DNA of 61,439 nt, counting the filler, from Choristocarpus tenellus KU-1152 (lineage: Eukaryota; Protista; Phaeophyceae): assembly GCA_964200185.2 (NCBI GenBank). It is 7 parts of 7 records of this genome, joined end to end, with 100 filler letters (N's around TTAATTAATTAA, not from the genome) between each part and the next. Parts side by side here need not be neighbours in the genome. Positions count along the whole stretch, not along the records: positions 57,879 to 61,439 come from CAXNAD020019258.1; 6 more parts are not named here. One strand, given 5' to 3'. Within the stretch, counting starts at the first letter, position 1; every line of letters starts with the position of its first letter. Shown one piece after another: positions 60,853-61,439 of the stretch. The position numbers and the translations under genes are program-made. The notes under the pieces are model-generated. The model saw only the letters and a program-made list of their open reading frames with translations, ran no database searches and had not been told where the DNA came from.

Positions 60853-61076
60853 CTGACCAATTTGGGGTGGACATGCGACAGTTATATAGGCAAACATTTA
60901 CTGTATGTTCAGACTGATCAAGATGTACTCCAATGAAACACAAACTCTCTACCGATCCAACCTTTCAATAGAGGCGGCCTACCTATTGAGATGGTGCACA
61001 AACACTACCAGTGACACGAGTGCAGGTACTTTACCTTATTGGAGGAACATCAATCGGTGACAATCATGATCCTACT

Positions 61077-61332
61077 GAGTGAAAGTATCTTAGAGGGTAC
61101 GAATTTTGCCCTGTTTGTCCATTTGGGGCTTGGCTACCCTCAGGGTTCTTACGACATTTTCCTACTCCAAAATATTTCGGAGCAGGTAATATGTATACGT
61201 TATGAAAAGGTGTCTCTAGAAGAAGGATATTGACACTTCCACAAACACAATAGTCAAAATTACATCGAAATCGCAACATCGAATTTTGGGCCCCAAATGG
61301 ACACGGTTCTACCCTTTAAGATACATTGGCTC
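61077..61332 (-). mobile_element. MITE family A
   Basis: Full-length alignment to other copies; no flanking duplication. Confidence 0.9.
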
Positions 61333-61439
61333 ATACGTCGGATGGATAATGTAGGCGCACCTTTCCTGGTTTTGGCCCAAATGGACACCCTGGCATAGCC
61401 CCGCCCCCCCCCCACCCCTCCCCCGGACGCCCCGCCCCC
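61326..61439 (+). mobile_element. MITE family B right half, fused to family A copy
   Basis: CGTCGGATGGATAATGTA...TTTCCTGGTTTTGGCCCAAATGGACACCCTGG matches 43885-43950. Confidence 0.8.

Noticed and set aside
16610-61279. Similar short ORFs in many places (e.g. MLGSVNILV..., QTGQNSYPLRYFHS)
   Set aside because: Translations of non-coding MITE-A copies; frames are not conserved between copies.

Overview
Eukaryotic, intron-rich, repeat-rich nuclear DNA. It is inferred to be an ochrophyte, probably a brown alga, from GT-AG introns, TTAGGG tracts and signal-peptide-led organelle proteins. The window is not contiguous: seven contigs are joined by six artificial 100-nt spacers (44N-TTAATTAATTAA-44N), so adjacency across spacers means nothing. 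Complete genes spliced by hand: a 7-exon carboxylate-type mitochondrial carrier (18409-21582, -) and a 9-exon OFA-type MFS transporter (21852-27594, +). They are head-to-head 269 bp apart and both have hydrophobic signal-peptide-like N-termini. Also present: a tail-anchored coiled-coil gene, partial genes (Tudor-domain protein, PP2C last exon, threonine dehydratase 5' exons, Par3/HAL-N-like protein, CEP131-like 3' exons, an unknown 3' end) and tRNA-Cys(GCA). Mobile DNA comprises two MITE families sharing a CAAAGTATCT terminal core, decayed RLE-type and RTE-type LINEs (the latter with a candidate HDV-like ribozyme) and an IS630/Tc1-like transposase remnant. Best leads: the divergent pair of possibly plastid-directed carboxylate transporters, and an AT-rich bacterial-style HU/IHF gene fragment at a contig end. 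All family calls come from motif recognition by eye; no searches were run.
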